Counted from the whole stretch's first letter, positions 25,770-41,561 are shown. The stretch is 62,239 bases of DNA, filler included, from Jimgerdemannia flammicorona (GCA_003990765.1; 3 parts of 3 records of this genome joined end to end with filler, not necessarily neighbours in it); one strand, 5' to 3'. Numbers and translations: made by a program. The notes: a model not told the origin generated them from the letters alone.

Positions 25770-28700
25770 GACCACCGTTAGCTATAGCCTTGTTAGATTT
25801 GCATGTCTTTACAATACCAATTGCCAGTTCCAATACGTGTTTTGATGTCATGTCATGTGTGTCTCTGTATCTGCTTCGGGCAACTTTGTCATCTTTGTAG
25901 ATCTGTAGATATGCACTCATAAACGTCAGAGTATTCCAGTATCAAATGATCTTTTTTGTTGCTGTTCTTTGCACATTCTCTGACAATTAAAATTGCATAG
26001 TTTTGGTAATCACTGCATCATGATTATTCCGATCAAATAGCAACTATATTGACTGTATATTTTAGACTATGGAAATTCTTTAAGACTTATCGTAATATAT
26101 TACTTTTTAATGTAACATATTTGTTATAATTAGTATCTATAATTTTATATATTTTTTACTTTAGATTGTTATTTTGAATTTTATTTCTGAGCTTATACTC
26201 TTTAGAGATAATTTCTTATTATTATAGATTTTATTATCTTTGTTTTTCTTAATTGGTATAGATTGTCTAATTAATACTGTCTATAATACTATTTGTAGTA
26301 CTTTTGATATTTTAAAATTATTTGACTTTATAACTAGAGATACTGGTACTGATTATTACTCCTTTAGTAGTTATTATAGTTCTTTTTATTCATTTAGAGA
26401 TCAAAAATTATTCTCAAAACTATTATCTATATAGATTTGTATTATTTATAGTTACTACAGATTTCTCCTTTATGAGTATAGATTACTATAGATATTATAT
26501 CTGTATTAATTATAATTTTTATACTTTCTAGTATAATAAGTTAGTAGAAAAATATACCAAGTTACTATTTAAATTAGTTATTATAATTTAGTTATATATT
26601 ATATTAAGTATACTATTAGTTTGTATAAATAGCCCAGATAGCTTAATAAGAGCACAAAATATTCCTAGCTAGTATGCCATATCAGAATTTGAGATTAGCA
26701 TTTCTAGCTAATATACTATATTAGAATTTGAGATTTATATTCCTAATAGAAATTGCTAAATATTATCAAAAATATCAATTAATAGTTAGCTACATAGTAA
26801 CCAGATAGCAACTAACTTATATAAAATATCTTAGAGATAAGAGTGAATAAACCTTAGTTCAAAAAGTTCTAAAGCAAAAGATAAGTCTGCTAACTATACT
26901 TTGAGAAAAACATCTGCTCTGAAGCTACTACTTGGAGATTATGAGCTTACTTTCTACTCTAGTTAACTTTCTGATATAAAGCCTGAGCTTACTACTAAGT
27001 TTGAGTAAAGAACTTTACTGCTATTTAAAGAGAAATTTACTACTAAAAAGTTATTATAGGAACTTTGCTACAAAATCAGTCTAATATAAAATATATCTTC
27101 ACAGTGAAGCCAGTCCCTCAATATAATCTCATACAAATGAAGTAGTCTTTGATGTAACTTTGTTAGTCAAGAAACATCTAAGTTATTTTCAGGAGAATCT
27201 ACATTCTCTATTATTTTTAAGAGAAATCTACTAATTTAGAAAGAATCTGCATCCTTCAAATAGTCTACCAAATCTGCTTAATATTGAATTCTGTCAAGAT
27301 CATTATATAAAAATTATATACTTTTGAAAATATAATTATTATACAGAAATTACATACTTAAGAAAATCACTTGTATTATATACAAATTACCACTTACTCC
27401 CAAGAATCTATCCTAATAATAAAATTGACTACTCTATCCAGATTTATCTATTATACTGCTAAATATCAACATTAGAAATTATAGAACATTTTATTACTTT
27501 TTGACAAAGTAATTGAAAGCTCAAGACAAAATATATAAATCTCTCAATCTTATAATTTATCTCTATTGAGTCAGCATATTATATTTAAGAGCTCAACTAC
27601 AAAGATTTTCTTTAAATCTATATGACTTTCTAGCTTACAAGAATCCAATAACCAAACTGGATATATTTGATATAATACCAATCTCTATCACTATAAGAGA
27701 ATAAGGCATTATCAGTATTTAGACAGAAAGAGAAATAATTATCTCAAGACTTACCAATTATTCAGTATCAGGAGAATTCCAACCCAAAGTCAGTATAGTA
27801 TAGAATTATCAATCAGTATTAATAGACTTAATATTAGGATACTTAACTAAACCAGATAAAAATACAAACAGCCTTGTCAGAAACTTTTATAAACTTATTA
27901 AGAACTCAAGGACCTCATTGTACAATCCCAGTTTCTCTCAGAAGCTCCACCAGTCTCTCCTAATGAAGTACTACTAGGACTAGTAACTATAGAATCAGAA
28001 GAATCAAAAATAGCTTTTTCAAAACTATCCAGATCTCCTATACCTCACTCAAGATCAATAATACTATCTTCAGAATACCAAAGTATTCAAGCTTCAGCAA
28101 CAACTTATAAAGTGAATCAGAACTAGAATCAGAACTAGAAGACAGTAATAATGAAATGATCACTTTAATGTCTATCTTTGCAGAATATCCAGAAGAAGAC
28201 CTAAGAGAATTTCTTAATAGAATTGAAGAAATTACAGCTTTTAAAAATCTCTCTGTCTAGAGAAAAGTCACTATCTATAAGACTCAACTCAGAGAACCAG
28301 CTAAGGGAATCTTCAACTAAGTAATAAGTAATACATATTTAGACCTTAGAATAGTCATTCATATAGTACAATTCTGGAAAGTAAAATATGAAGTCATAAC
28401 CTACTATCTTATTGAGAAATATACAGAAAATGAAATCTATCATAAGGCCCAAGAATTTGTTATAGAAATGAAGATAAATCTCAGAGAATTACTCAGGACA
28501 TTCTTTACTAGAATTCAGAAAAGAATATATATAGTCAGATTCAATACTACCAACTAAGATATTATAGATCCAATGACCTTTATGAATGGAATTCCCCTAA
28601 ATATTATCTAGTATATCTATACTATAGATATCAGTAAGTCTAAAGAATAAGTAAATATAGCTCAAGAATTTTTCAATATTAGATAAGAAATCACCTAGAG

Positions 28701-30985
28701 TGATCATAATAAGAAAGATAACAAGGAAAGACCTCTTAATTAAAACCCTGTAAGGACTTTTTCAAGAATGTTGGGAATTAGAAGAAAGAAAACTTGCCAA
28801 GAAATAGAAGAAGAAGAGAAATAAAATCCAAGACCTTAACTCTAAGTTGGACAAATTAGTTGGATAAATCAAAAACTCACCACATATAAAAATTGAAGCT
28901 ACTCACAGGACAGCAGAGGGTATATACTATAAAGAAATAAAGACTATCTATCTAGAGATAACAGAGGCTATCAGCTATAAGAAGAAAGAAGATATCTAGT
29001 CTGAGACAGAGCCCAAGTCTAATACTTTTACTATAGATAGTTTGGACACTATACTATAGAATATAATAATAGAAAAAGTGATTGAAGAGACTTAGAACTA
29101 CTAAATTGAAAAAATGAAACTCAGTATAAGAAGACTGAAGCTCATTCTATCAAAGACTTTGAAGAAGAAAGTAATAGTAAAGTCTATAGTGACTTAGACC
29201 TATATCTAACCAAGGTTATCATCAGAAAAACAGTCTATATAGCTGAGAAAAGACAGAGACCAGTAGGGAGGCCATCTAGAAACACTAGCAGAAGAATTAT
29301 CTAAGAAAAAGATAAAGAAAATAAAGAAGAGTAGGTTGAAATATCTCCTTAATCTCTCTTACCTTTTGTCTCTGAAATAAATGAACTATTATCAGAGAAT
29401 AAAGAGATAGAGCAAGAAGAGCAACATTCTATCATTCTAAAGCCCAAGAAGAAGTACACTCTAAAGAATATATCTAGAGATATCTACAATAAAGTCTAGT
29501 AAAAGATTCAAAAAGCCAAGATAGAAGTCTCTCTCCTATAGTTCCTACAACTGATATCTATTGGAGTTTGAAATAAACTATTAAGAACTACCAGGTCTGA
29601 TACTGGTCAAGTCTCAATCTTATAACAAGAACTAGTTCCAACTATTATCTAGGCTGTAGAAAAATATATCAGCATATATCTGCATAGAGATATTAGAGGA
29701 CAGAAGGTAATAATCCTTATTGACATAAGAGTAGCTATCTGTATTATTATCAAATAATTCCTAGACACCCTCCAGTGACCCATTATTGGACTATCCAATT
29801 TCAGAATTATAGTAGTAGATAGAGCTTGAACTCAATCTCTTAAAGAAGTATGAAATATTACTATCTCTCTGAAATACATTCAGTTTTCTATTTCAAAAGC
29901 TATTATTATCAAAGCTATTATCTATAATATGATCCTTGGTACCAACTGGATAAAGGAAATAAATATAGTTATTGGTATTGATCAACAGATGTCCAAATTT
30001 AACTATAGAGAAAAGAAATATAGAATCAAGATAATTAGCTATAAGTAATTGAAGAAGAAGAAGAAGGTCACTATCTAGGAAGAGTATACCAATAGTGATG
30101 AATCTACTATAGAAAAAGAAGAAGAATCTGAAGATAGAAATGATTCCAGACTTAATTCATAAATCAATTTAATAAATGATAAGTCAGAATACCAAAGATA
30201 TGATCTCTATTATAATTAGAGCTATTACAGGATAAGCCAGAGGATATCTATCTGTCTCAAAAGATACAAGTACTCTAAATATTTCTCCAAGATTATTGGA
30301 ATAAGGAATTTGTCTGGTATAGTCTGCTCTGAGTATAGAAAAAGAAAGAAGAAATACAACTACTCTTCAATAATACCTATAACTAAAGCTGCAGAAGTAC
30401 AGGCAATCTGGGGTCAAGAAATATCTAAAGAAAAAACCCCTGAACAAGAAGTTCCCAAACAGGAGGAGCTCTCTGAACTTATCTCCTAAGATGATCTCTG
30501 CTGAATACTGCTAGAAGATAATGACCTCTGGAATATTAAAGAAGAACCAAACATAGTCACTATCATTTAAAGATAAGAAATACACCAGGAGAGAGCCTTT
30601 TAGCTAGAAAGATATCAGTATCAAATGGTCTTTCACTCTTCTCAAAACTATTGCTATTAGTACTATTTATTAAACTAGTAAGAAAGATAGAGATACTGTA
30701 GACTACTAATTATAATTGTACAGATTACTACCTTTCAAAAAACTACTATAATATTAAAAAGACAAGCCAATAGATAAAGACACTTCATCTGAATAAAAGT
30801 ACAGCCCCTAGTTACTCTTCTTCTAATTTATGATAAGGATGGATACTGATTCCCAAGATAGTAAAAAATTAATAACTAAGAACTATATTTTCAAGTAATA
30901 GAATATTATAATTATAAAAAAACACCCAGATTGCTGAGACTGTCTATATTAGAAGATTTATCTCAGCTAAGATATTACTATATAT

Positions 30986-32438
30986 TGTAATGGTGACCCC
31001 AGAATGATGATATCAGCACAGGAGACAGTCTTTCTTTATAAGCCACCAGATCAGAGTATAAGAAGATCATACAGTATACGAGATGAGCAATGATGACCAA
31101 CTGTGAGTCATTGTGACCACAGCACAAGCATTCTGAAGAATATAAAAGAAGGATCAAGGAACTGCAGTAGCAGCAACAAGAACCCCCAATCCCAAAATAG
31201 CTCAAAGACTTACCACAAACAAAATGCCTACTGCTCGTCAAACCTCAAGGTCAAGGAATCATCAAGGTATCTTGGTCGAGGAAAGGATGTTCCAAGACAT
31301 CAGAAGAGCCATGAGGACCCACTCAAGAAGGACTCCTAGCGTCAACCTGGGTACTGCAGACCCTTATCACATTATCCTCTACTGCTGTGAAATGGAAATA
31401 AGGATCACCATTGCCACTGAATGCCTCCAAATGTGGCAGGAGTATGAAATAGGAAACCTCCTCTGCCGGGAGTTCCCACAGGCCAGCCCTCAAGAGCTAC
31501 CAGATGCCACCCCCATGGACCTATGTGAGGCAAGGACAGCAAAGAAGATCCATCAGATCTTCAGGCATACACTATGGTCGATCCCCAACTTGGAGTATGT
31601 TAGAGTCTCAGACTTCAGAGATCTGTCATCCCACTGTATCAATGCACTAGAAGCCAGGGTAGCCACAGAAGCCCAGTCCACCATCACCCTCAATAGTGAA
31701 GAAGTAGAAGACTTCTGATACCCTATCCTTCAGGACAACCCAGACCAATTCCTGCAAGAATTGATCTCAGTATTCCAAGGCCCAAGCATCCGGGTTAGAT
31801 CTCCCCAAGACCCCACATTTGTCCCCTATTTTGTGGAAGAGAACCTCATAGACTGGAGAGCTCCAGACCTTGTTCCCAATTTTCCCGCCACACCCGAACG
31901 TGATGACATCATCGATGACGTCATCCCGCATGACATCGAAGCATGCGAAAATGACGAAGTACGCAAGACGCGCAGCCTGCATGACGAATTCGTGGACCTC
32001 ATCTCCTTTAGTGATGATGATGATGATGATGACGAAGCTCTCATGATCCTGAACTTTCTGCTCTAAGTTCTTTGTTACACTGGATAATGCCAGCACTGGT
32101 ATTTTGATGTGGTACTAAATAATGCCAGCCCTGGAACTTAGTAGTTTTAGTTATTGGAATTTATATTTAGCTTTATATCTTAGCAACCATTGAATTATAT
32201 TTTGTATAAATACCTCTCTTATTTCCTCTGAAATAAAGTCAGTCAAGTTCACTTACACACTTCCTTGCAAGCAATCTAAGAGATAACTAGACAGTTAAAG
32301 ATAAGAAGTTTGAGGACTATAAGACCTTGGGAAGGCACTCCAATAAGAACTTGCTTATAACAAACTTGAGTTAGTCTAAGAGATACACCTTGAAGAGAAT
32401 CTGGCATATTCGAAGGACTCAGTGACCACTACATGACA
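30986..32438 (+). mobile_element. Solo long LTR (1453 bp) containing an ORF
   Basis: Termini TGTAATG...CATGACA, flanked by ATAT(AT) on both sides; TATAAATA at 32205; AATAAA at 32232. Less decayed than the flanks. Confidence 0.7.
31224..32066 (+). pseudogene. LTR-encoded ORF A, 280 aa with one premature stop, acidic C-terminus
   Basis: ORFs 31224-31718 and 31761-32066 are in frame, joined through a single TGA (31716-31718, likely from CGA). Confidence 0.7.
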
Positions 32439-32759
32439 ATATATATTAAAGAAAGGAGACAACAGAGCTCAGATCTAAAGAAACCAGATTAAGAAATCAA
32501 AAAAGAAGACTCTCAAGATCAATAATCTGGAAGATGACATTCTAACTCTCATCAGATATACAACTTATCAAAAATGGATAAAAGATACTATCAACTTTAT
32601 AGAAGCCCTAGATTTTATAGAAAAAAGAGGAATCAATTATCTCTGAGACTCCTCTACCAGAGTCAGATAGCTATATCTTAAGCTTAGAGTCTAGGGGCTT
32701 ATCTTTACTGAAGCCTTAGCCCAAGGTCAACTCAAACTCAGTAAAATGGTGCTCAGTAT

Positions 32760-34480
<1,721 letters not shown>

Positions 34481-35045
34481 AAAGAAGTATATCTCCTCTA
34501 GGTTAACTACTTTAAGAAGAATATCTCTCAATAAGTATACTACCAATCAGTCAAGCTATATAAGAACCTCATTATAGAACTAAGAGAGCAGACTATCTTC
34601 AAAATTTTTGTATTACTCAATTCTAGAAATCTCTTCTTTAAATTCAATGAGGACATCAAGAACCTGGATATAGAAGGATATATATTTTCTGATAAAATGA
34701 ACTCTATATACTCTCAAGCAATTAACCAAAGCTGAGAAAGTCTCATTCTGTTAAAAAAAAACTATCATAGGTCATCTGGTACTCTATCTCAACTAGAGAT
34801 ATAGAGAATTTTATGAACTAAACCTATTGGGAAATAGTAGAAGATCTCAGAAGAAAGAAAAGATCTTTCTGTAATCCAAGAGAAAGTAAAGCCTTTTACC
34901 AATATTAGAGAAGAATTGATACCTTAGCAATAGTACCAACTAGGAGAACTTCTTTATAAATATCAAAATATCTTTATTATAGACTATATAATCTATTATA
35001 TAACTAATTATATTACTATAGTATAAATATAGAAAATATAATACC

Positions 35046-35509
35046 TGTAACAATTTCACAGTCATATTTAGTCTTAGTATATTTTCACATCTTTTAGTTA
35101 GTCTTTTCTTATCATTTCTTGAATATTCTACTATGTTCTGCCACCTTCTACTTACTTAGAAATCTTCTCTTGGTGCCCAGACACTACTAGAACATTCTTG
35201 TCTCTCCTTGGTACCAAGTATCTTATCTTAGCTAGTCATGAAATCTTTTAGAACATTGTAGAATAGTATTAGTCAGCTTTGTGGGGAATCTATTTTTTGG
35301 CATTTCTCTTTCTTTCCAAAATCCTTCAAGATCTTTCTTTCAGATTATATATAAATATCCTTATTCTCTATCTAAATAAAGTTCAGAATATTTTCTCTCA
35401 GAAATCCTTCAAGAACACTTGAACCTTTAAGTATCTCTTTGAACTACTTTAGGCCAACTAGAACTTCCAGATTTAGCTGCTTCCTCTTAAAGAAACTAGA
35501 ACCATTATA
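35046..35509 (+). repeat. 5' LTR
   Basis: Direct repeat of 40654-41117 with the same length. Confidence 0.95.
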
Positions 35510-36559
35510 CTTAGTAGCAGTGGTGTCATTATATCTTGTCTTATTAAAAAACCTTATACAAATTCAGAAACCAGTTACAACTAGTCATATAAACTTGAAA
35601 TGAGCCATGAAGAGTCAGCCTATTAGCCAGACCTCTCTGGAGAAGTAGGAGAACTACAAGCCAGTATAGAGGACATAATCAATACTATGGCCCACCAAAT
35701 CCAAGAACTTTTAGAACAGCAGAAAACAAGAACTACAAGTATATTACATTCTACCATAGGACTAGTTAGTTTCAAGCCACTCAAGCTAGTTACCTTTGAT
35801 AGTCATTGAGGAGGATTATCTACAGATGCATAGACCTTCTAGTTAGATTAATACTTTGAGCTTATAAGAATAGAAGAAGATATGTAAGTCTAATTTACTA
35901 CTACACTTCTTTGAGAAAATGCAGCCATTTGGTAGTACAATTACATTATGACTATATCTATATACTCATATGTATAAATCAAGAATTGGGAAACTTTCAA
36001 GAGAGCCCTTTATAGGCAGTTCAAGCCTACTAATGCTACCAAGCTAGCCAGAGATAAGCTAGTAAACATCAAGCAACTCAAGTCTGTGTAAAGCTACAAT
36101 ACACAATTCCTATCAATCCTACTTAAACTACCAGTGATAGTAGAGGATGAAAAGATAGACCACTATGTCCAAGATCTGAAAGGAAATACATGAGTCAAGA
36201 TCAAGCTAGAAGAGCCACAAAGCCTTAATAAAGTTATGAGGATTGCTAATAGATTTGATATCATCACCTTTGGTAACTACTTTGAACTAAAACACTATAA
36301 GAAGAACCACTTTAAGAACTGCTACAAGAACCAACCAAGGATAGTTGGCCCAGCACTAATGGACTTAGACATTATGAACAAAAAGAACACCAAGCTCACT
36401 TCTGAAGAAAAGAACCATTTGAAGAAATCTGGAGTCTGTTTCTTCTATTACCAAATAGGACATATTGCAACCAAATGTTCTAAGAAGACTAGCAAACCCT
36501 CAAGATCAGTCACCATGTTGTCCAAGGACACATCTGTCAACCTCACTACCAGTCAACCC

Positions 36560-36970
36560 AAGTTCAAGATCAAGAAGCTTCATCTGAAGGCCCAGGTCCC
36601 TCAATATCAAACAGAAGAAGCCATTGGTCTTGACCTATACTCAGTCAAACAAGTCACTATTCCAGCTAAGGGCTGAACTCTAATGTCTACTAGAATTACA
36701 GTTCAATGTCCTGAAGAACATTATGCCAGAATTGTATCAGGATCAGGACTCAGTGTCAAATATCATTTAGATATAGGTACTGGTATCATTGACCCAGACT
36801 TTTGAGGACAAGTTCAAGTTCTACTTATTAACCAGAAGGATCAAGACTACACAGTTAAGGAAGGAGACCAAGTCATATAAATGATCCTAGAAAAAGCCAG
36901 TTAACTCAATTATAGAAGTTCAAGAACTCCCTGAAACCAAATAAGATCAAAAAGATTTTGACAGTATTGA
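36560..36970 (+). pseudogene. dUTPase domain between gag and protease of the inner chromovirus
   Basis: AIGLDLYS (I), ARIVSGSGLS (II), GIIDPDF*G at 36782 (III), EGDQVI (IV), *DQKDFDS (V). In frame with the gag zinc knuckle in ORF 36236-36676. Confidence 0.9.
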
Positions 36971-39900
36971 TCAAGCTGCAAGTCTTAGTAAAAATCAAGC
37001 TCAAGCTATACTTATTTTCAAAGGCCTAGTCAAAGAAAAAGAAATTCAAGTACTCATAGACAGCAGAGCTGCAGAGAACTTTATCAATTAGAATCTCATT
37101 GAAAGCCTCAAGATCCTTACCAAGCCTATACTCAAGAATAATAGCATAGTCACTGCAGATAGTATGCTGTACCCCATTGAGTCAATTGCTACCAAACTAC
37201 TCATCAAGATTAAGAAATATTGAGAACAAGTAGACTTCAAAGTTGCACTACTAGGAGATCATAATCTGATCTTAGAAAAACCCTGGCTTATGAAACACAA
37301 CCCAGATATTGATTGGTGTAAGAATGAAGTCACTCTACTCTAAGATAGAGCCAACATCACTATCAAGACAGACAAGACCATGAGCAAGACCCAGATTGCA
37401 ATACTGTCAGCTATATAGTATAAGAGAGTACTCAAGAAGACAATGCATATCTATATTATAATGGTCTATCTCAAGAAATAAGACAAGAGACTATCAGTCA
37501 ATGAAAGTGTCAAGTTACTGCTAGAAGAATTCAAGAATGTCTTTCCAGACAAGCTATCTGGTCTACCACCTATATAAGAAGTTGATCATGAAATCAAACT
37601 GACCCCAGAAGCTGTACCACCCAAGAAATATATGTACTATATATTGCTACTCAAAATTGAAGTAGTCAAGAAGGAACTAGAAGAACTACTTATATAAGGA
37701 GCTATCTAGCCAAGTAAATCTCCTTATGGCTCACCAGTCTTATTCATCAAAAAGAAGGATAGTACTCTATAAATATACATAGACTATCATATACTCAATA
37801 AATTCACTATCAAGAACTGCTATCTGCTATCCTTGATTGATCAAATCTTTGATACTCTTAAGAATACCTTATATTAGAATACCACCAGATTTAAATCAAG
37901 CCAAAAGACATTCTCAAGACTGTATTCATGACTCCCTTTGGACTTTACAAATTCCTGGTCTTAGCATTTGGTCTTACCAATATACCCACCATATTCCAGA
38001 CCCTAATGAACAAGATATTCAAGGATCAACTATTTATTTTCCTGTTGGTATATCTTGATGACATCCTGATCTTTAGTACAATTAAAGAAGAATACCTCAA
38101 ATACATTCAAATAGTCTTAGAGATCCTGTGAAAACACAAGTTTTATATCAAGCTCAAGAAGTGTGAATTCTTCAAGAAACAAGTCGAATACCTTGACCAC
38201 ATTGTCTCTGTACAAGGAATTCAAGTAGACCTATACAAGATAAAAACAATTGAAAAATGACCCATTCTGTTGAACCTTATAGAACTTTGATTCTTCCTTG
38301 GTCTAGCTGGCTACTACTGTCACTTTATCAGAAACTTCTCTGGTATTGCTGAGCTACTGACTAACCTCATGAGGAAGACTCCACACTCAGACCACTATAT
38401 ATCCTACACCTGGGACCACTTCTGTCAATAAGCCTTTCAAGAACTCAAGAACTGCCTGACCCATGCTCTAGTCCTGTGTAATACAGATTAAGGCCTAAAA
38501 TTCATGATCACTACTGATGTATCAAATTTTACCATTGGAGCAGTTCTGTTACAAGATGATGGCAAAGAACATTATTCTATTGCTTTTGAGTTCCATAAGT
38601 TGGCCCCAGCTGAACAAAAGCTAGCTACTCACAAGAAGGAACTACTGGCAATAATATATACACTAGACTACTGGCAATGCTATCTAGAAGATATTGAGTT
38701 TGATGTCATTACTGATCATCAATCCCTCAAGTACATCAACACTCAACCTACTCTGTTATATCTACAAGCCAAGTGGAGCCTCAAGCTTCAAACCTTTAAC
38801 CTGATAATTATCTACAAGCCTGATAAGATACTTGTAGTATCAGATGCCTTATCAAGATGCCCTGACCTTACCACAATTATACAAGTCACCTTGGCATCAG
38901 AATTCCTAGACAAAATCAGATAAGCTTATAAAGAAGACATAGTTGCCACTAGAGTTTTCTTGAACAAGCTCAAGGATATATATACTATCAAGAATAATCT
39001 GATCTATCATCAAGATCAAGTCTATCTACCTGAAAACATAAATCTACACTATAAGGTTTTGCAAGAACACTATAACTCTCCTCTTACTGATTATCTGGGA
39101 ATCAAAAAGACTGTTAAAAATATCTAATGCCACTACTATTGGCTAAGTATAGTCAAGAAAATCAAGAACTATATTGCCAGCTATGATCTATGTCAGCACA
39201 ATAAGTCTATCAACTAAGTGCCAGCTAGTTTTCTATAACCACTGCCAATTTCTACTAAGAAATTCAAGTAAGTTACTATAGACTTTGTAACTTAACTACC
39301 ACAAACTCAATCTGATACTAATGCTATCATCATATTTGTTGACCACCTGATCAAGACCATAGTTACTGAACTAACCACTACTACTACTACTGCACCTGAG
39401 ATTGCAAAAATCTTCTTCAAGTCCATCTTCTATCACTATGGCCTATTATGAGTAATTGTCAGTAATCATGACCCCAAGTTTACCAGTTACTTCTGGAAAA
39501 CTCTCTTCAAGACTCTGGAAACCCAATTAGCTATGTCTACTGCCTTTTATCTAAAAACTAATGGATAAACCAAGTACATGAACAGAACTCTAGAACAAAT
39601 GATAGAATCTATATTTCTTATGAGTAAGATAATTGGGACCATTATCTGACTTATGCAGAGTTTGCATACAACAACACTGTCCAATTATCTACTGGTCTTT
39701 CCCCTTTCCAGTTACTCCATAGTTAAGATTCCAAGACCTCTGTAAGTCTATTCCCTTTCAAGAAAAGTAGTCAAATACAAGTTCTTACCACCAAGAACCT
39801 TATAGAAAAAATAGACAAACTACTCAAGATTGCCACTGTGAATCTTTAGAAAGCTCAACAGTATCAAGCCAAGTATGCTGACAAGAAATACCATGATGTT

Positions 39901-40653
39901 GCTTACACTGTTAGAGATCAAGTCCTACTGTCTACTGAGAATCTCAAGATATAATCTCAAGTCAACTACTCTTCAAACAAGTTTTAACCCAAATATATTG
40001 GACCTTTCAAGATCACTGAACAAGTCTCTGCATTCTTCTACTGCCTCAAGCTACCTGAAACTATAAGAGTACACCCAGTCTTTCATATGTCATACCTCAA
40101 GACCTAGAACCAGTCATATCCTACTCTGGTCAAATTCCTAAGCCTTCTGCTCTTGTGATTATTGAAGATCATATTGAGTATAAAGCTGAGAAAATTCTTG
40201 ACAAATAAATCTGCTACTACTATCCTGAATACCTAGTCAAGTAGATGGATTACTCTAAATATGATACTACCTGGGAACCACTGGTCAACCTCAAGAACTC
40301 TCAAGATCTAGTTCAAGACTTTAAGATAAAATATATTGTCCAATCCCTATAGTGACTTCATTGGATTGTTGATGATCTATAGTAATGACTAGTGTCTTAT
40401 GCATCAGAAGTTTACTTTGGGACCCCAGAACCAGCAGAACATTTAATAAATAAGAAGTCCACTGAAATGAAGCTACTAGCTGGATTTAAACCCCTCTCAG
40501 TTAGTTAGTCTAGTAATAGGCCCTCTGTCTTATATAAGGATAGCTAATCTTCACCAATATACTGATATAAGTTTGAGAAATTTTGGTTAAATATATCTAG
40601 TCTTGTGTTACCTAAGAACTCAACAAGGATGTTAGTTCTTAAAGAGAAAGAGA

Positions 40654-41117
40654 TGTAATAATTTTACAGCCATATTTAGTCTTAGTATATTTTCACATTT
40701 TTTAATTAGTCTTTTCTTATCATTTCTTGAATATTCTACTATGTTCTGCTATCTTCTACTTGCTTAGAAACCTTCTCTCAGTACTCAGATACTACTAGAA
40801 TATTCTTATTCCTCCTTAGTATTAAGTATCTTGTCTTAGCTAGTTATGAAACCTTTCAGAACATTGTAGAATAGTATTAGTCAGCTTTGCCAAGAATCTA
40901 TTTCTTGGCATTTCTCTTTCTTTCTAAGATCCTTCTGAATCTTTCTTTCAGATCATATATAAATATCCTTATTCTCTGCCTAAATAAAGCTCAGAATATT
41001 TTCTCCCAGAAATCCTTTGAGAATACTTGAACCCTTAAGTATCTCTTTGAGCTACTTTAGACTAACTAGAACTTCCAGATTTAGCTGCTTTCTCTTAAAG
41101 AAACTAGAACTATTATA
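40654..41117 (+). repeat. 3' LTR
   Basis: Direct repeat of 35046-35509, preceded by the PPT. Confidence 0.95.
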
Positions 41118-41461
41118 ATATCCATTTGACAGAAGTCTTATAGAATACCCTATTATTTAAAGATATTTAAGAAGAAATATATTTAGAAACTCTTAGACAA
41201 TACAGTTGTCTAACTCTTTACCAGTCCCTGGATCAGCTCTATATTTATTGTACCCAAGAAAGAAGAATGGAGACTCTGCATATATTATAGAAAACTCAAC
41301 TTAGTTATAGAAATAGATGCTTACTCCTTGTTCAGAATTGATAATCTCCTAGATCAATTACAAGATATCAGATACTCAGTAGTATAGATCTCTTTGCAGG
41401 ATTCTACAAAATCTCCATGGATCTTAAGGAAATTCAGAAGACAGCTTTTCTTATCCTAGAA

Positions 41462-41561
41462 NNNNNNNNNNNNNNNNNNNNNNNNNNNNNNNNNNNNNNN
41501 NNNNNTTAATTAATTAANNNNNNNNNNNNNNNNNNNNNNNNNNNNNNNNNNNNNNNNNNNN
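41462..41561. other. Artificial contig spacer
   Basis: 100 nt of N with a central TTAATTAATTAA. Confidence 0.95.

Larger units (their letters stand above)
35046..41117 (+). mobile_element. Full-length Ty3/Gypsy chromovirus: LTR-gag-dUTPase-PR-RT-RH-IN-CHD-LTR (inactivated by transitions)
   Basis: 464-bp LTRs at 35046-35509 and 40654-41117; TSD ATACC/ATATC; PPT AAAGAGAAAGAGA at 40641-40653; zinc knuckle CFFYYQIGHIATKC; protease VLIDSRAAENFI; RT YLDD at 38051-38062; RNase H TTDVSNFTIGAVL..TDHQSL..DALSR; integrase and GPFKI..VHPVFHMSYLK; chromodomain EYLVK*MDYSKYDTTWEP. Confidence 0.95.
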
